The position numbers and the translations under genes are program-made. Below, one piece after another: positions 1-8,417 of a stretch of 64,000 nt of DNA. The notes beneath the pieces are model-generated. The model was not told the DNA's origin. It saw nothing but the letters and a program-made list of their open reading frames with translations, and searched no databases. The stretch comes from Candidatus Latescibacterota bacterium (GTDB lineage Bacteria > Latescibacterota > UBA2968): contig OZ242320.1 of assembly GCA_965208125.1 (NCBI GenBank), forward strand, positions 5,248,001-5,312,000, written 5' to 3'. The first letter of the stretch is position 1. Each line of letters starts with the position of its first letter.

Positions 1-1
1 T

Positions 2-61
2 ACCAACATCGAAATCAAGCCCGGTCAGCGCACGTTTTTGAATCACAGGGTCTATCAATAA
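2..61 (+). CDS. 3' end of an upstream gene truncated by the window edge (TNIEIKPGQRTFLNHRVYQ*)
   Basis: Open frame from base 2 to TAA at 59-61, followed by the AAGGAGG RBS of the next gene. Confidence 0.5.
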   Translation, partial: TNIEIKPGQRTFLNHRVYQ

Positions 62-80
62 TTCCACAAGGAGGAACACA

Positions 81-893
81 ATGAAACTTTCACACCGCAG
101 TCTTTTGTTGCTCGTCGTTCTTGGCCTGTTGGTTTCAACGGCAAACGCGGCGCAATCAGACCTGCCGCCCACGCGGGGCATTGTCGTCAACCTCGTCGAA
201 TGGGACGGCGGAGAACTGCCCGCAGTTTATGAACGCACGGACCAACTCCCCTTCACCCGTGAAGACCTGTTGCAATTGGTACAAAGCGACTTTAAACCCG
301 ACCAAATCGCACAGATGATTTCCGAGCGACGATATGCGGGCGATGCATCTGCCGAAGGTCTGATCGCGCTCAAACAAGCTGGTCTTGCGCCTGTCGTCAT
401 ACAGGCCATCTCCAAACACGCGCTCGCACCCAATCAATCGCTTAACCTCACCATTTACCTGACCTTTGACGGCCCTTCCCAAACAGCGCGCCATCGTTTT
501 CTCTACGTGATCATTCCCGATGGCGAGATCCAGCGCGTCTTCACTGCGGACTTAAACACCGTGCTCGCCGGACAGTGGAAAAGAGACGCCCTGATCGATG
601 CCACAGACCCATTGCTCCCGCGAAAAATTCGACGCGTCACCTTCTCGGGAACAATTCCACTCAAAACACACGGCAGCAAAACCGTTCGGATTTTCACATC
701 TTCGCGCCCGGGCATCCATCAAATCGACGAGATACCGGCGATAGACCTCTCGCGGGTTCAAACATATCAAATGGATTATCCAGTCAGTTCACCCATTCAA
801 GACTGCCGCGCCTACATTCGCTACAAACAGGATGTAGTGCTGCCGGACAAATGGCACATGATTGACACGCGCATGGAATGCGAATGGCGATAA
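81..893 (+). CDS. Secreted hypothetical protein (270 aa)
   Basis: AAGGAGG RBS; signal peptide ending ANA-A; no family recognised. Confidence 0.75.
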   Translation: MKLSHRSLLLLVVLGLLVSTANAAQSDLPPTRGIVVNLVEWDGGELPAVYERTDQLPFTREDLLQLVQSDFKPDQIAQMISERRYAGDASAEGLIALKQAGLAPVVIQAISKHALAPNQSLNLTIYLTFDGPSQTARHRFLYVIIPDGEIQRVFTADLNTVLAGQWKRDALIDATDPLLPRKIRRVTFSGTIPLKTHGSKTVRIFTSSRPGIHQIDEIPAIDLSRVQTYQMDYPVSSPIQDCRAYIRYKQDVVLPDKWHMIDTRMECEWR

Positions 894-928
894 AACACGC
901 CTTTCACCTCTCAACAAGGAGATAGACC

Positions 929-1516
929 ATGAAACTCATCACCTATGCAGCAATCGCCCTGATCGGTATCACAACTGGATGTGCCGGTCCCAGAGCCTTT
1001 ACAAAAGGGACGTATGAAGATCCCAAAACCATTGCCTTGCTCGACGACCGCTTTAACGAAAACGACATGCAACTCATCGCCAAAAAAGTCGTCGATTCAA
1101 TCCTCAAAGCCCCATTGAACAGACCTGAACCCGCCATCATGCTCGGAAAAATGCGCAATCGCACCACCGAACACATCGACATGGTGGCCCTCTCCGACAA
1201 AATTAAAACCGCATTGATCCAGAGCGGCAAAGTGCGCTTCGTCGATGTCACCAACCGCAAAGACATCGCCACAGAATACGAATATCAACAATCGGGCTAC
1301 GTCGATCCCGCACAGGCCAAAGCACCGGGCAAACAGACCGGCTCAGATCTGATCCTCACGGGCACACTCAGCGCGAACGTGCAGGAAGTGGGCAAAGACA
1401 AACTCATCTACTACAAAGCCACCTTCCAGCTAACGGACCTGGTCTCATCAGAAATTATATGGACCGACGAAAAAGAAATCCGCAAAGCCTACAAAAAGCG
1501 CAGCATAGGATTGTAA
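929..1516 (+). CDS. lpoB: LpoB-like penicillin-binding protein activator lipoprotein
   Basis: Lipobox TTGC; NRTTEHID, ALIQSGKVRFVD and WTDEKEIRK motifs typical of the LpoB/CsgG-like family. Confidence 0.75.
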   Translation: MKLITYAAIALIGITTGCAGPRAFTKGTYEDPKTIALLDDRFNENDMQLIAKKVVDSILKAPLNRPEPAIMLGKMRNRTTEHIDMVALSDKIKTALIQSGKVRFVDVTNRKDIATEYEYQQSGYVDPAQAKAPGKQTGSDLILTGTLSANVQEVGKDKLIYYKATFQLTDLVSSEIIWTDEKEIRKAYKKRSIGL

Positions 1517-1628
1517 TTGCGCAGAAGACCTGGGATTATTAGGTTGGGGAATTAGGGAGCGGTGTACAACTGGTCGCAGTCCAGACCAGTTCATTGAGCA
1601 TTAAAAATTAAGGGTTGGGCGGTTGGGT

Positions 1629-1660
1629 ATCCTGCACATCCTTCCATCCTTTAATCCTGA
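1629..1660. repeat. Degenerate ATCCT tandem array (period 8-9)
   Basis: ATCCT at 1629, 1638, 1646 and 1654. Confidence 0.5.
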
Positions 1661-1679
1661 TCGAGAAAGGAGCAAAACC

Positions 1680-2225
1680 ATGAAACACCTGTTATTCACA
1701 CTCGCAATCGCTATACTTCTGGGGAGTAGTGCCAGCGCGCAAACCGGCCGCACTGATGGGGCAGAAGAAAGCGAATTCGGCAAAGGGGGATACCCGTTTG
1801 GCGGCCCGAGCCATCGTATCTATCTCAACACCGCCTTTGGCTCTGGCTTTTTTGATCTGACGGACGTCAACAAAACGCGCACGGGTTTTCTCTATGGGGT
1901 TGATCTCGGCGTCGAAATGGACCAGTGGCTCGGCATTCAGGCGAGCTATAATTATCTTTCTGACCGCGACATGTCCATCTTCAGCCTCGGCTCGCGTTTC
2001 GCCTACGCCTTTGACCCCTTTGTGTACCACGTCTCGCTCAACGCCGGGCTATATGCGCCCAATGAAGGCAACCGCAACTTTGGTCTGGCACCTGGCGCTG
2101 GCATAGACATCGTCCTGCACAAAAGGGTGCGTATCGGACTCGACTACAAACACGACTTTATTTTTACCGACAACCGCACCACCGACATGGATCGGATCTA
2201 CGCGGGTCTCAAATTCTTCTTTTAA
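1680..2225 (+). CDS. Small outer-membrane beta-barrel protein
   Basis: RBS AAGGAG before ATG 1680; signal peptide; amphipathic beta strands; C-terminal YAGLKFFF. Confidence 0.75.
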   Translation: MKHLLFTLAIAILLGSSASAQTGRTDGAEESEFGKGGYPFGGPSHRIYLNTAFGSGFFDLTDVNKTRTGFLYGVDLGVEMDQWLGIQASYNYLSDRDMSIFSLGSRFAYAFDPFVYHVSLNAGLYAPNEGNRNFGLAPGAGIDIVLHKRVRIGLDYKHDFIFTDNRTTDMDRIYAGLKFFF

Positions 2226-2233
2226 TCAAAAAA

Positions 2234-2268
2234 CAAGAAGCGAGGGCCAAACAATCCCTCGCTTCTTG
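2234..2268. terminator. Hairpin terminator between convergent genes
   Basis: CAAGAAGCGAGGG / CCCTCGCTTCTTG 13-bp inverted repeat with upstream A-tract. Confidence 0.75.
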
Positions 2269-2294
2269 CGTCTTATCCACAGGCCACATATCAC

Positions 2295-3317
2295 CTATCC
2301 AAACACCTCACTCGCGACAAAAGCCATACCCATTGCAGCGGCAGAATCGCCGCCGCGCGCCCATTCGAACTGCGTTGAGACAGCTTGCGTATCAAAGGGA
2401 TTTTCGAGATAGATCGGCCACGACCCATCCTCAAATCCTTCTATCACCCACGCCATATACCGATCGCGAAAAGACGCTTCTGAAAGCCCTCCACCGATCA
2501 CCACAAGCCCAGGGTCGAATAACCGCACCCAATTGGCTATCGCATAACCCAAAATAAATGCCTGCTCCTTAAAAAGCGATACCGCGAGCGGATCGTCATT
2601 TTCTGCGTAATCGCGGAGTTGATACGCCTTTTCCTCTATCGACGCATCAGAAGCATTCAGCGCATGATCCTTCCAGGTATCCTTCGCCAATTCAATCCCG
2701 AGCCTGCGTCGCAATGCCATAAGTGACACCCAGGTCTCCGCACATCCCGTCAGTCCACACGAACAAGCTGGCAACTCCCCATCCACCTCCCGAAACGGAA
2801 CCGAAACATGCCCCACTTCCAGCGCGAGACCATTTGATCCCTCGTAAATCTGCCCACCGGGCAAAACCAATCCACCGCCCAAACCCGTTCCAGGCGCAAC
2901 GAGCAAAAGACCCGCATCGAAATCTGGCCGCGCAGCGTATTCACCTGCCGCCGCTGCATTGCCATCATTTGTCATATACGCAGGCACTCCCGCACGCGCA
3001 GAAAACTCATCGCGAATATTCGTCCCCACCCAATCCGCCCTCAAATTGGCCTGCACTCGAATCACGCCACTGCTACTCGGCGCAGGAACATCCAGCCCAA
3101 TACCCGCAATATCCGATTGACGCCTCCCTGCGCGATCCGTCAATAACTTCAGCGCTTCCTCGAGCTGTGCAAACGTCGCCTCATACCCATCTTTGACGCG
3201 ACTGGGCACCTCCACCATATCACCCAATAAATTGCCAGTAGCATCGACGAGAATGGATTTCACACTCGTCCCACCAATATCTAAACCTGCAAAACAGCGC
3301 GTATTACTCTCTCCCAT
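2295..3317 (-). CDS. ROK family sugar kinase (glucokinase-like)
   Basis: GLDIGGT, NDGNAAAAGE, GTGLGGG, EVGH and CSCGLTGCAE Zn motif. Confidence 0.9.
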   Translation of the reverse strand: MGESNTRCFAGLDIGGTSVKSILVDATGNLLGDMVEVPSRVKDGYEATFAQLEEALKLLTDRAGRRQSDIAGIGLDVPAPSSSGVIRVQANLRADWVGTNIRDEFSARAGVPAYMTNDGNAAAAGEYAARPDFDAGLLLVAPGTGLGGGLVLPGGQIYEGSNGLALEVGHVSVPFREVDGELPACSCGLTGCAETWVSLMALRRRLGIELAKDTWKDHALNASDASIEEKAYQLRDYAENDDPLAVSLFKEQAFILGYAIANWVRLFDPGLVVIGGGLSEASFRDRYMAWVIEGFEDGSWPIYLENPFDTQAVSTQFEWARGGDSAAAMGMAFVASEVFG

Positions 3318-3327
3318 AACCCCATTC

Positions 3328-4506
3328 CTATCTTCGGGTAATCACAAACAACTGGCGCGTCCCATCTCTGGAAATCGATGGAAAAAGCACCTGATCACTC
3401 GTGCGATTCCAGCAAGGCGCTGGATCGCTCCTCAAATCCCCCGATATCCACTCCCCCTGATCGTATCGCTCAGTTCGCATCCATGCCCCGTCAGCCATGC
3501 GATACATCACATACACCGTTCCGCGCTTTGGTCCCGAACCATTGATAATCCACTTTCCATCTGGAGAAAACGCATTGTCTCCGCCAGGCTCTGGAAAAAC
3601 AGACTGATCTCCCAGGGTCCGTACAATTTTTTGCTCATCGGTATCGTACACCACCAGATCATCGGCATTGTGACCGAGAATCTCATGCCCTTCCAACCAC
3701 TCGGGATGCCCACCTATAAAAACCTTCTGGATGGTCAGATCGCTGCCATCGGGATTCACGGTAAAAGGCACATTGAGCCGCGCTTCGCGCTTATTGAACT
3801 TGCCCCGCGCATAAAAATAAATCCGATCATCATCGCGGTTCCACAGCGTATGATTAATAAACATCTCCTTGCTCTCAACGCCCGGGTGGTAATCCCGTAA
3901 CGCATCTCCCAATTGGGCAAAAGATACAATCAGCTCTTTTTCACCCGTATTCACATCAACCTTAAAAATTCCATCATCCTCGGGATGTACAACCCCTTCA
4001 GTCCAATCCGCCGCGCCGAGGTACCCCGTCACCAACCGCAAACGCGCCATACGCGCGTAATTTAATCCCAGAAAATAGCCGCCATTTTGCGCCACACCGC
4101 TATTGCCAAACGACGTATCTTCATATCGATATTCGCGGATCCTTTTCCCTTTGGAAATATCGAACAAAACTGTGAAAACCTTCTGCGTCTCTGGATCCCG
4201 ATCATTAAAGAAAAACTGCGTCTCCGGCAATTCGGGATTCCAGTAGAACATCGTGCCCTGCTGAGGATTCCATCCCTGCGACTGATCAACCACCTGGATC
4301 AAATACCCATTCTCAGTATCGATCAAAATCACATCCGCTGCCTCGCCAGGTCCGGGCATATGATCCTGAAAATCATTCCGCAATGCGACAATATAACGAC
4401 CACTCTGGTTCCAGGGAATGGTCTGCGATTGACCGATATACCCAAAAAAGTGATGTTTGGGACCATACGTAATCTGCTCAACTTCAAGCTCAAATGAATC
4501 TGCCAA
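3328..4506 (-). CDS. Beta-propeller protein, TolB/oligogalacturonate-lyase-like
   Basis: HHFFGY, PWNQSG, GWNPQQG and FSPDGKWI repeats; TTG start at 4506 with GGGGAG RBS. Confidence 0.6.
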   Translation of the reverse strand: MADSFELEVEQITYGPKHHFFGYIGQSQTIPWNQSGRYIVALRNDFQDHMPGPGEAADVILIDTENGYLIQVVDQSQGWNPQQGTMFYWNPELPETQFFFNDRDPETQKVFTVLFDISKGKRIREYRYEDTSFGNSGVAQNGGYFLGLNYARMARLRLVTGYLGAADWTEGVVHPEDDGIFKVDVNTGEKELIVSFAQLGDALRDYHPGVESKEMFINHTLWNRDDDRIYFYARGKFNKREARLNVPFTVNPDGSDLTIQKVFIGGHPEWLEGHEILGHNADDLVVYDTDEQKIVRTLGDQSVFPEPGGDNAFSPDGKWIINGSGPKRGTVYVMYRMADGAWMRTERYDQGEWISGDLRSDPAPCWNRTSDQVLFPSISRDGTRQLFVITRR

Positions 4507-4532
4507 TTTATTCTCCCCTTGTATTTTACGGA

Positions 4533-6158
4533 CTAAACTCCTATCGCATACCCATCGCGCCTCGGATCTGCACCGCCCATCAGCGCGCCCGATTCTGCAT
4601 CCACCACAATACCCTGCGCGCCCCCGCAAACGGCGGAATAATCGGGCAACACCTTCACATCGTGTCCACGCGCTTTCAGTGCGCGCCGAATAGATTTTGG
4701 CACCCGCCTTTCAATAGACACATTAGTACCCGCACTCTCAATGCGGAACCGAGGTGCTTCAATCGCCGCCTGTATATTCATGCCGTAATCCAGCACATTG
4801 GTCAAAAATTGCACCGACGTTTGTTGAATCCCCCAGCTCCCCGGCGTACCCAACGCAGAAAAAAGCGCGTCATCTCGAAACACCAGCATTGGCGACAAGC
4901 ACATATCCACTTTTTTGTGAGGCGCAATACAATTTGGACTATCGGGCACAAGATCGCCCCACCGAATAAAATTGTTTAAAAACATGCCCGTATCGCCCAT
5001 CATCACCCCCGACCCAAAACCCGACCCCAAACTCTGGGTTATCGCCACGGCATTGCCATCGCCATCAACCACATCGAAATGCGTCGTACATTCATTGAGC
5101 CAGGCCGTTGGATCGCCCGGTTCAATCTCGCCCGGCAATTTCGTCGCCGGATACCACTCGCCCCGGTGCACGCCCGCGCGATTTCCAATCAGCTTTCGGC
5201 GTTCTTCCGCATAGCCCTTCGCCAGCAATCCTTCAACAGGAGCCTGCGGGGCTGCCGCGTATTCTATCCGATCTGCATTGCCCAACTTCACGGCTTCGAT
5301 GAACAGGTGTAATGCCTGCTCCGAGTGGTGTTCCATATCCGCCAGATCGTATCCTTCCAGCATATTGAGCGTTTCGAGAATCTGAAACCCAGCACTCGGC
5401 GGTGGTGGACAAAACACCTCATAGCCGCGATAGGTCGTTACCAATGGATCAACCCATTCGGGTTCAAAATCCGCCAGGTCGCGCTCGGACAACCAGCCCC
5501 CTTCTCCCTGGATATATTCCGCCATTTCGCGCGCCAGATCGCCCCTATAAAAAACCTCCGCTCCCCCCTCAGCAACCCGCCGAAACGTTCGCGCCAAATC
5601 CTTTTGAAACAGAATTTCTCCCGGCAGAGGTCCGCGCCCACGCGACAGAATAACCCGCTCCCCCCTGTCGTTCAACCGCCCTCCACTACTCATCGACTGA
5701 CTATTCCTCACCGTCACAGCATACCCGTTCTCCGCCAGATCAATCGCAGGCGCAAATACTTGTGCCGGTGCCATTGTGCCATAGCACTCCAACAACTCCA
5801 ACCAGCCGCCACAAGCACCCGGCGTCAAACACGAACGCGGCCCAGCATCTTTATCCGCTGGGCTATCAAACAACTCGGCACGCGCTTGATACGGCGTTCG
5901 CCCGCAATAATCCAGCACGCGTCTGTGGTCATTTTTTGCATCATACACAATCGCATAGCCCACCCCTGCAATACCAGACATATAGGGTTCCACAACATTG
6001 AGCGCAGCAGCAACCGCAACCACAGCGTCAAACGCATTGCCCCCTTCGAGCAACATCCGCGCGCCAGATAGCGCAGCCAGCGGATGTGCGCACGCAACCA
6101 TCCCGCGCGTACCCGTAACCGTTGGTCTATGTGTCACACCATGTGCTGAAAAAGCCAT
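4533..6158 (-). CDS. ggt: Gamma-glutamyltransferase family (Ntn hydrolase)
   Basis: GGNAFDA, catalytic TTHFDVVDGDGNAVAITQS, C-terminal GGADPRRDG. Confidence 0.9.
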   Translation of the reverse strand: MAFSAHGVTHRPTVTGTRGMVACAHPLAALSGARMLLEGGNAFDAVVAVAAALNVVEPYMSGIAGVGYAIVYDAKNDHRRVLDYCGRTPYQARAELFDSPADKDAGPRSCLTPGACGGWLELLECYGTMAPAQVFAPAIDLAENGYAVTVRNSQSMSSGGRLNDRGERVILSRGRGPLPGEILFQKDLARTFRRVAEGGAEVFYRGDLAREMAEYIQGEGGWLSERDLADFEPEWVDPLVTTYRGYEVFCPPPPSAGFQILETLNMLEGYDLADMEHHSEQALHLFIEAVKLGNADRIEYAAAPQAPVEGLLAKGYAEERRKLIGNRAGVHRGEWYPATKLPGEIEPGDPTAWLNECTTHFDVVDGDGNAVAITQSLGSGFGSGVMMGDTGMFLNNFIRWGDLVPDSPNCIAPHKKVDMCLSPMLVFRDDALFSALGTPGSWGIQQTSVQFLTNVLDYGMNIQAAIEAPRFRIESAGTNVSIERRVPKSIRRALKARGHDVKVLPDYSAVCGGAQGIVVDAESGALMGGADPRRDGYAIGV

Positions 6159-6196
6159 AGAACTGCTCCTATCCTAAGAGTGCATTTTAGGTCAAT

Positions 6197-6421
6197 TTAT
6201 TTTGCCTTGATAAACTCATCAACAGTAAGTCCTATATCCTGTGCGATTTGTCGCAACAGGACTGGTGAAATATCTCTTCCTTTATGAAATGGAACGGTCG
6301 TTGCTCTTCCATCTACATGACGATATTGTTTGTGTGAACCTCTTTGGCGTACTTCTCGAAACTGCAATCTTTTAAGCAACCGATCCACTTCTCGAGGTTT
6401 AAGTACTGGTATTTTAGGCAT
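6197..6421 (-). CDS. hicA: HicA family toxin (mRNA interferase)
   Basis: RQRGSHKQYRH...TTVPFH, 74 aa; TAATG overlap with upstream hicB. Confidence 0.9.
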   Translation of the reverse strand: MPKIPVLKPREVDRLLKRLQFREVRQRGSHKQYRHVDGRATTVPFHKGRDISPVLLRQIAQDIGLTVDEFIKAK

Positions 6422-6627
6422 TAAGACGTCACTATTTGTTGAGTGCCAAAAAACTCAGAATTGAGATATGGTTCACCATCCTCAAGAAGCATTTCGATCA
6501 CCTCTATCAGGTTCTTATTAAGCTCATCCAATGTCTCGCCTTGAGAATGTGCACCAGCAAAACCGGGCACATAGCCTACATATAACCCGGTATCCTTACA
6601 AAATTCTACAATAGCTGTAAAACGCAT
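6421..6627 (-). CDS. hicB: Short HicB family antitoxin
   Basis: YVGYVPGFAGAHSQGETLDEL motif, 68 aa, no C-terminal DNA-binding domain. Confidence 0.88.
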   Translation of the reverse strand: MRFTAIVEFCKDTGLYVGYVPGFAGAHSQGETLDELNKNLIEVIEMLLEDGEPYLNSEFFGTQQIVTS

Positions 6628-6901
6628 ATTTCACCTCGCTTAATTATAACTGGAGAGTACCTATTCCAATGCGGCGACTTGTTATTCAGATGGTACCTCG
6701 ATTCGAAATTCACGGCCAACCTTTCTCGCTTGAACACAGGGAATATTACGTTCTTGGCAGAGAGTCTCGATCTTGGATTTGAACTGGTCCTCTATTTTTA
6801 TTCCGAGAATGACTCGGGAAATTGGCCCCGGCAATAGACATTCTTTACCACCTTCCTTCGTTATTAAACGCCATTCTTTCTCATAAGCCCATTCCTCTGA
6901 T

Positions 6902-7474
6902 TTAGGTAGTGTCTGAAAAGTAAGCTTTGAAGAGTTGTCTGATGCAGGCCAGCTTGACCATAGTGAGAAAATGAGTCGCCTTTTTTTCAAACCGAGTCAC
7001 AATCCGTCGGCAGTGTTTGAGCCAACCAAAGAGACGCTCTACGATATTGCGTTTGGCATATAATCTTTTATCACACTTTGGCCTTGGTCCTCTCTTACGC
7101 CGTTTTCTGCCTTTAGGAATCGCCTTGTTTGGGATAGCAGCCTTGATACCCCGTTTGCGTAGATAGACTCTGATGCGTGAGACATCATAAGATTTATCAG
7201 CCACCAGATACTGAGGTCGGTTTCTTGGACGTCCTTGTTTGGTGGGTATGCGTACCTTTGATAACAGCCTTTCAGCCTGTGTGGATTCTGACTGGTTGCC
7301 AGGGAGCAGGTCCACTGCTAAAGGATGCCCGACTGCATCGCAAAGAAGATGGATTTTCGTGGTCAAACCGCCACGAGAGCGTCCTAAAGCGTGGTCTGGG
7401 GGCTCTTCTTCACCCTCTTTACCCTTTTTTTTTCGCCCCTGCTGCGGCTTGTGTGGCTCGAATATGGGTTGCAT
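6902..7474 (-). CDS. IS5 transposase C-terminal DDE ORF, probably expressed fused via slippage at A9
   Basis: GRSRGGLTTKIH, VADKSYD and YAKRNIVERLFGWLK...RFEK motifs. Confidence 0.85.
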   Translation of the reverse strand: MQPIFEPHKPQQGRKKKGKEGEEEPPDHALGRSRGGLTTKIHLLCDAVGHPLAVDLLPGNQSESTQAERLLSKVRIPTKQGRPRNRPQYLVADKSYDVSRIRVYLRKRGIKAAIPNKAIPKGRKRRKRGPRPKCDKRLYAKRNIVERLFGWLKHCRRIVTRFEKKATHFLTMVKLACIRQLFKAYFSDTT

Positions 7475-7841
7475 CCATCATCCAGGTCGCATAATCTAAA
7501 AGGCCATCTTCATCCAATTTGAGATGCAATTTTTCTACAATGCGATCAAAAGTGCCATCCTGTTTCCATTTGCAGAATCGATCAAAGGCTGTCTGCCAAG
7601 GACCATATCGTTCTGGTAGGTCGCGCCAAGCTGCACCTGAACACAATATCCAGAAGACCCCGTTGAATAATGTACGATCATCTCGACGGGGACGACCCAT
7701 CTTCTTCGGCGGTGGAAACAAGTCTTGGATCAGATGCCATTCGTCGTCGCTCAGTTCGTATCTCCGTTGCATATCATACTCCTTTGTCTTGGGCGTATGC
7801 TGCAACTAAAATACATACTTTACGACTTTTCAGACACTACC
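6905..7841 (-). mobile_element. IS5-family insertion sequence (two-ORF, IS427-like), 937 bp
   Basis: Perfect 17-bp terminal IRs GGTAGTGTCTGAAAAGT (6905-6921) / ACTTTTCAGACACTACC (7825-7841); TA duplication at 6903-6904 and 7842-7843. Confidence 0.93.
7419..7772 (-). CDS. IS5 transposase N-terminal ORF
   Basis: RYELSDDEW...GAAWRDLPERYGPWQT...MDATHIRA; AAGGAG RBS before ATG 7772; ends just after an A9 run. Confidence 0.88.
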   Translation of the reverse strand: MQRRYELSDDEWHLIQDLFPPPKKMGRPRRDDRTLFNGVFWILCSGAAWRDLPERYGPWQTAFDRFCKWKQDGTFDRIVEKLHLKLDEDGLLDYATWMMDATHIRATQAAAGAKKKG

Positions 7842-8417
7842 TAGTATACATCATAATTTTTAGCGTCTCACCATCTTGGTTAAGCAGTAACTGTCCAAGA
7901 TCAATTATTGGATAATGCCTGTCATATTTTACGGGTGAACAGGATTCTGAATCGCCAAGATCGTTGTCTTCAGCACGAGTAAATTCAAAGCAAACTCCCT
8001 CATGATTTTCTGCATAATGTGACCACATAAGTATCAAGTCACACGCTTCTGATAGACATATGACTCCAGAGTTCTTGTTCTCCTCAATAAGCTCTTGAAC
8101 CAACTTATCCAATCGATCCCGTTCTTCAAGAATAAATTTCCCATCGACGTCAAGCTTTGATGCTTTGTATTGGGCAAGTATTTTTTCACTCCGATGCCGG
8201 TGTATTGCCGCCAACATAAAATCTTCTGTTATACCTCCTGAAATTTCCAAATCACAATCAAATGGATCATTGAATCGCTCTGGTTTTGCTGCCCAAAGGC
8301 GACATTTCCGCAAGATGTCCAGCGTATAGCAGTTTGGAGGTTTGTACATGTAAAGTTTCGTGATATGAGGATAGTACATCTGTTATGTCTCCTAACTATT
8401 TTCAATACACTCAATTT

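Larger units (their letters stand above)
6682..8379 (-). pseudogene. DUF2971-like gene interrupted by an IS5-family element
   Basis: 5' part (8379-7844) has FNDPFDC and LMWSHYAENHEGVCFEF; 3' part (6904-6682) has KSEEWAYEKEWR. Removing the IS plus one TA restores the frame ...MMYTKSEEWAYEKEWR... (252 aa). Confidence 0.85.

Noticed and set aside
6682-6990. 102-aa stand-alone ORF
   Set aside because: Chimera of out-of-frame IS sequence and the DUF2971 3' fragment
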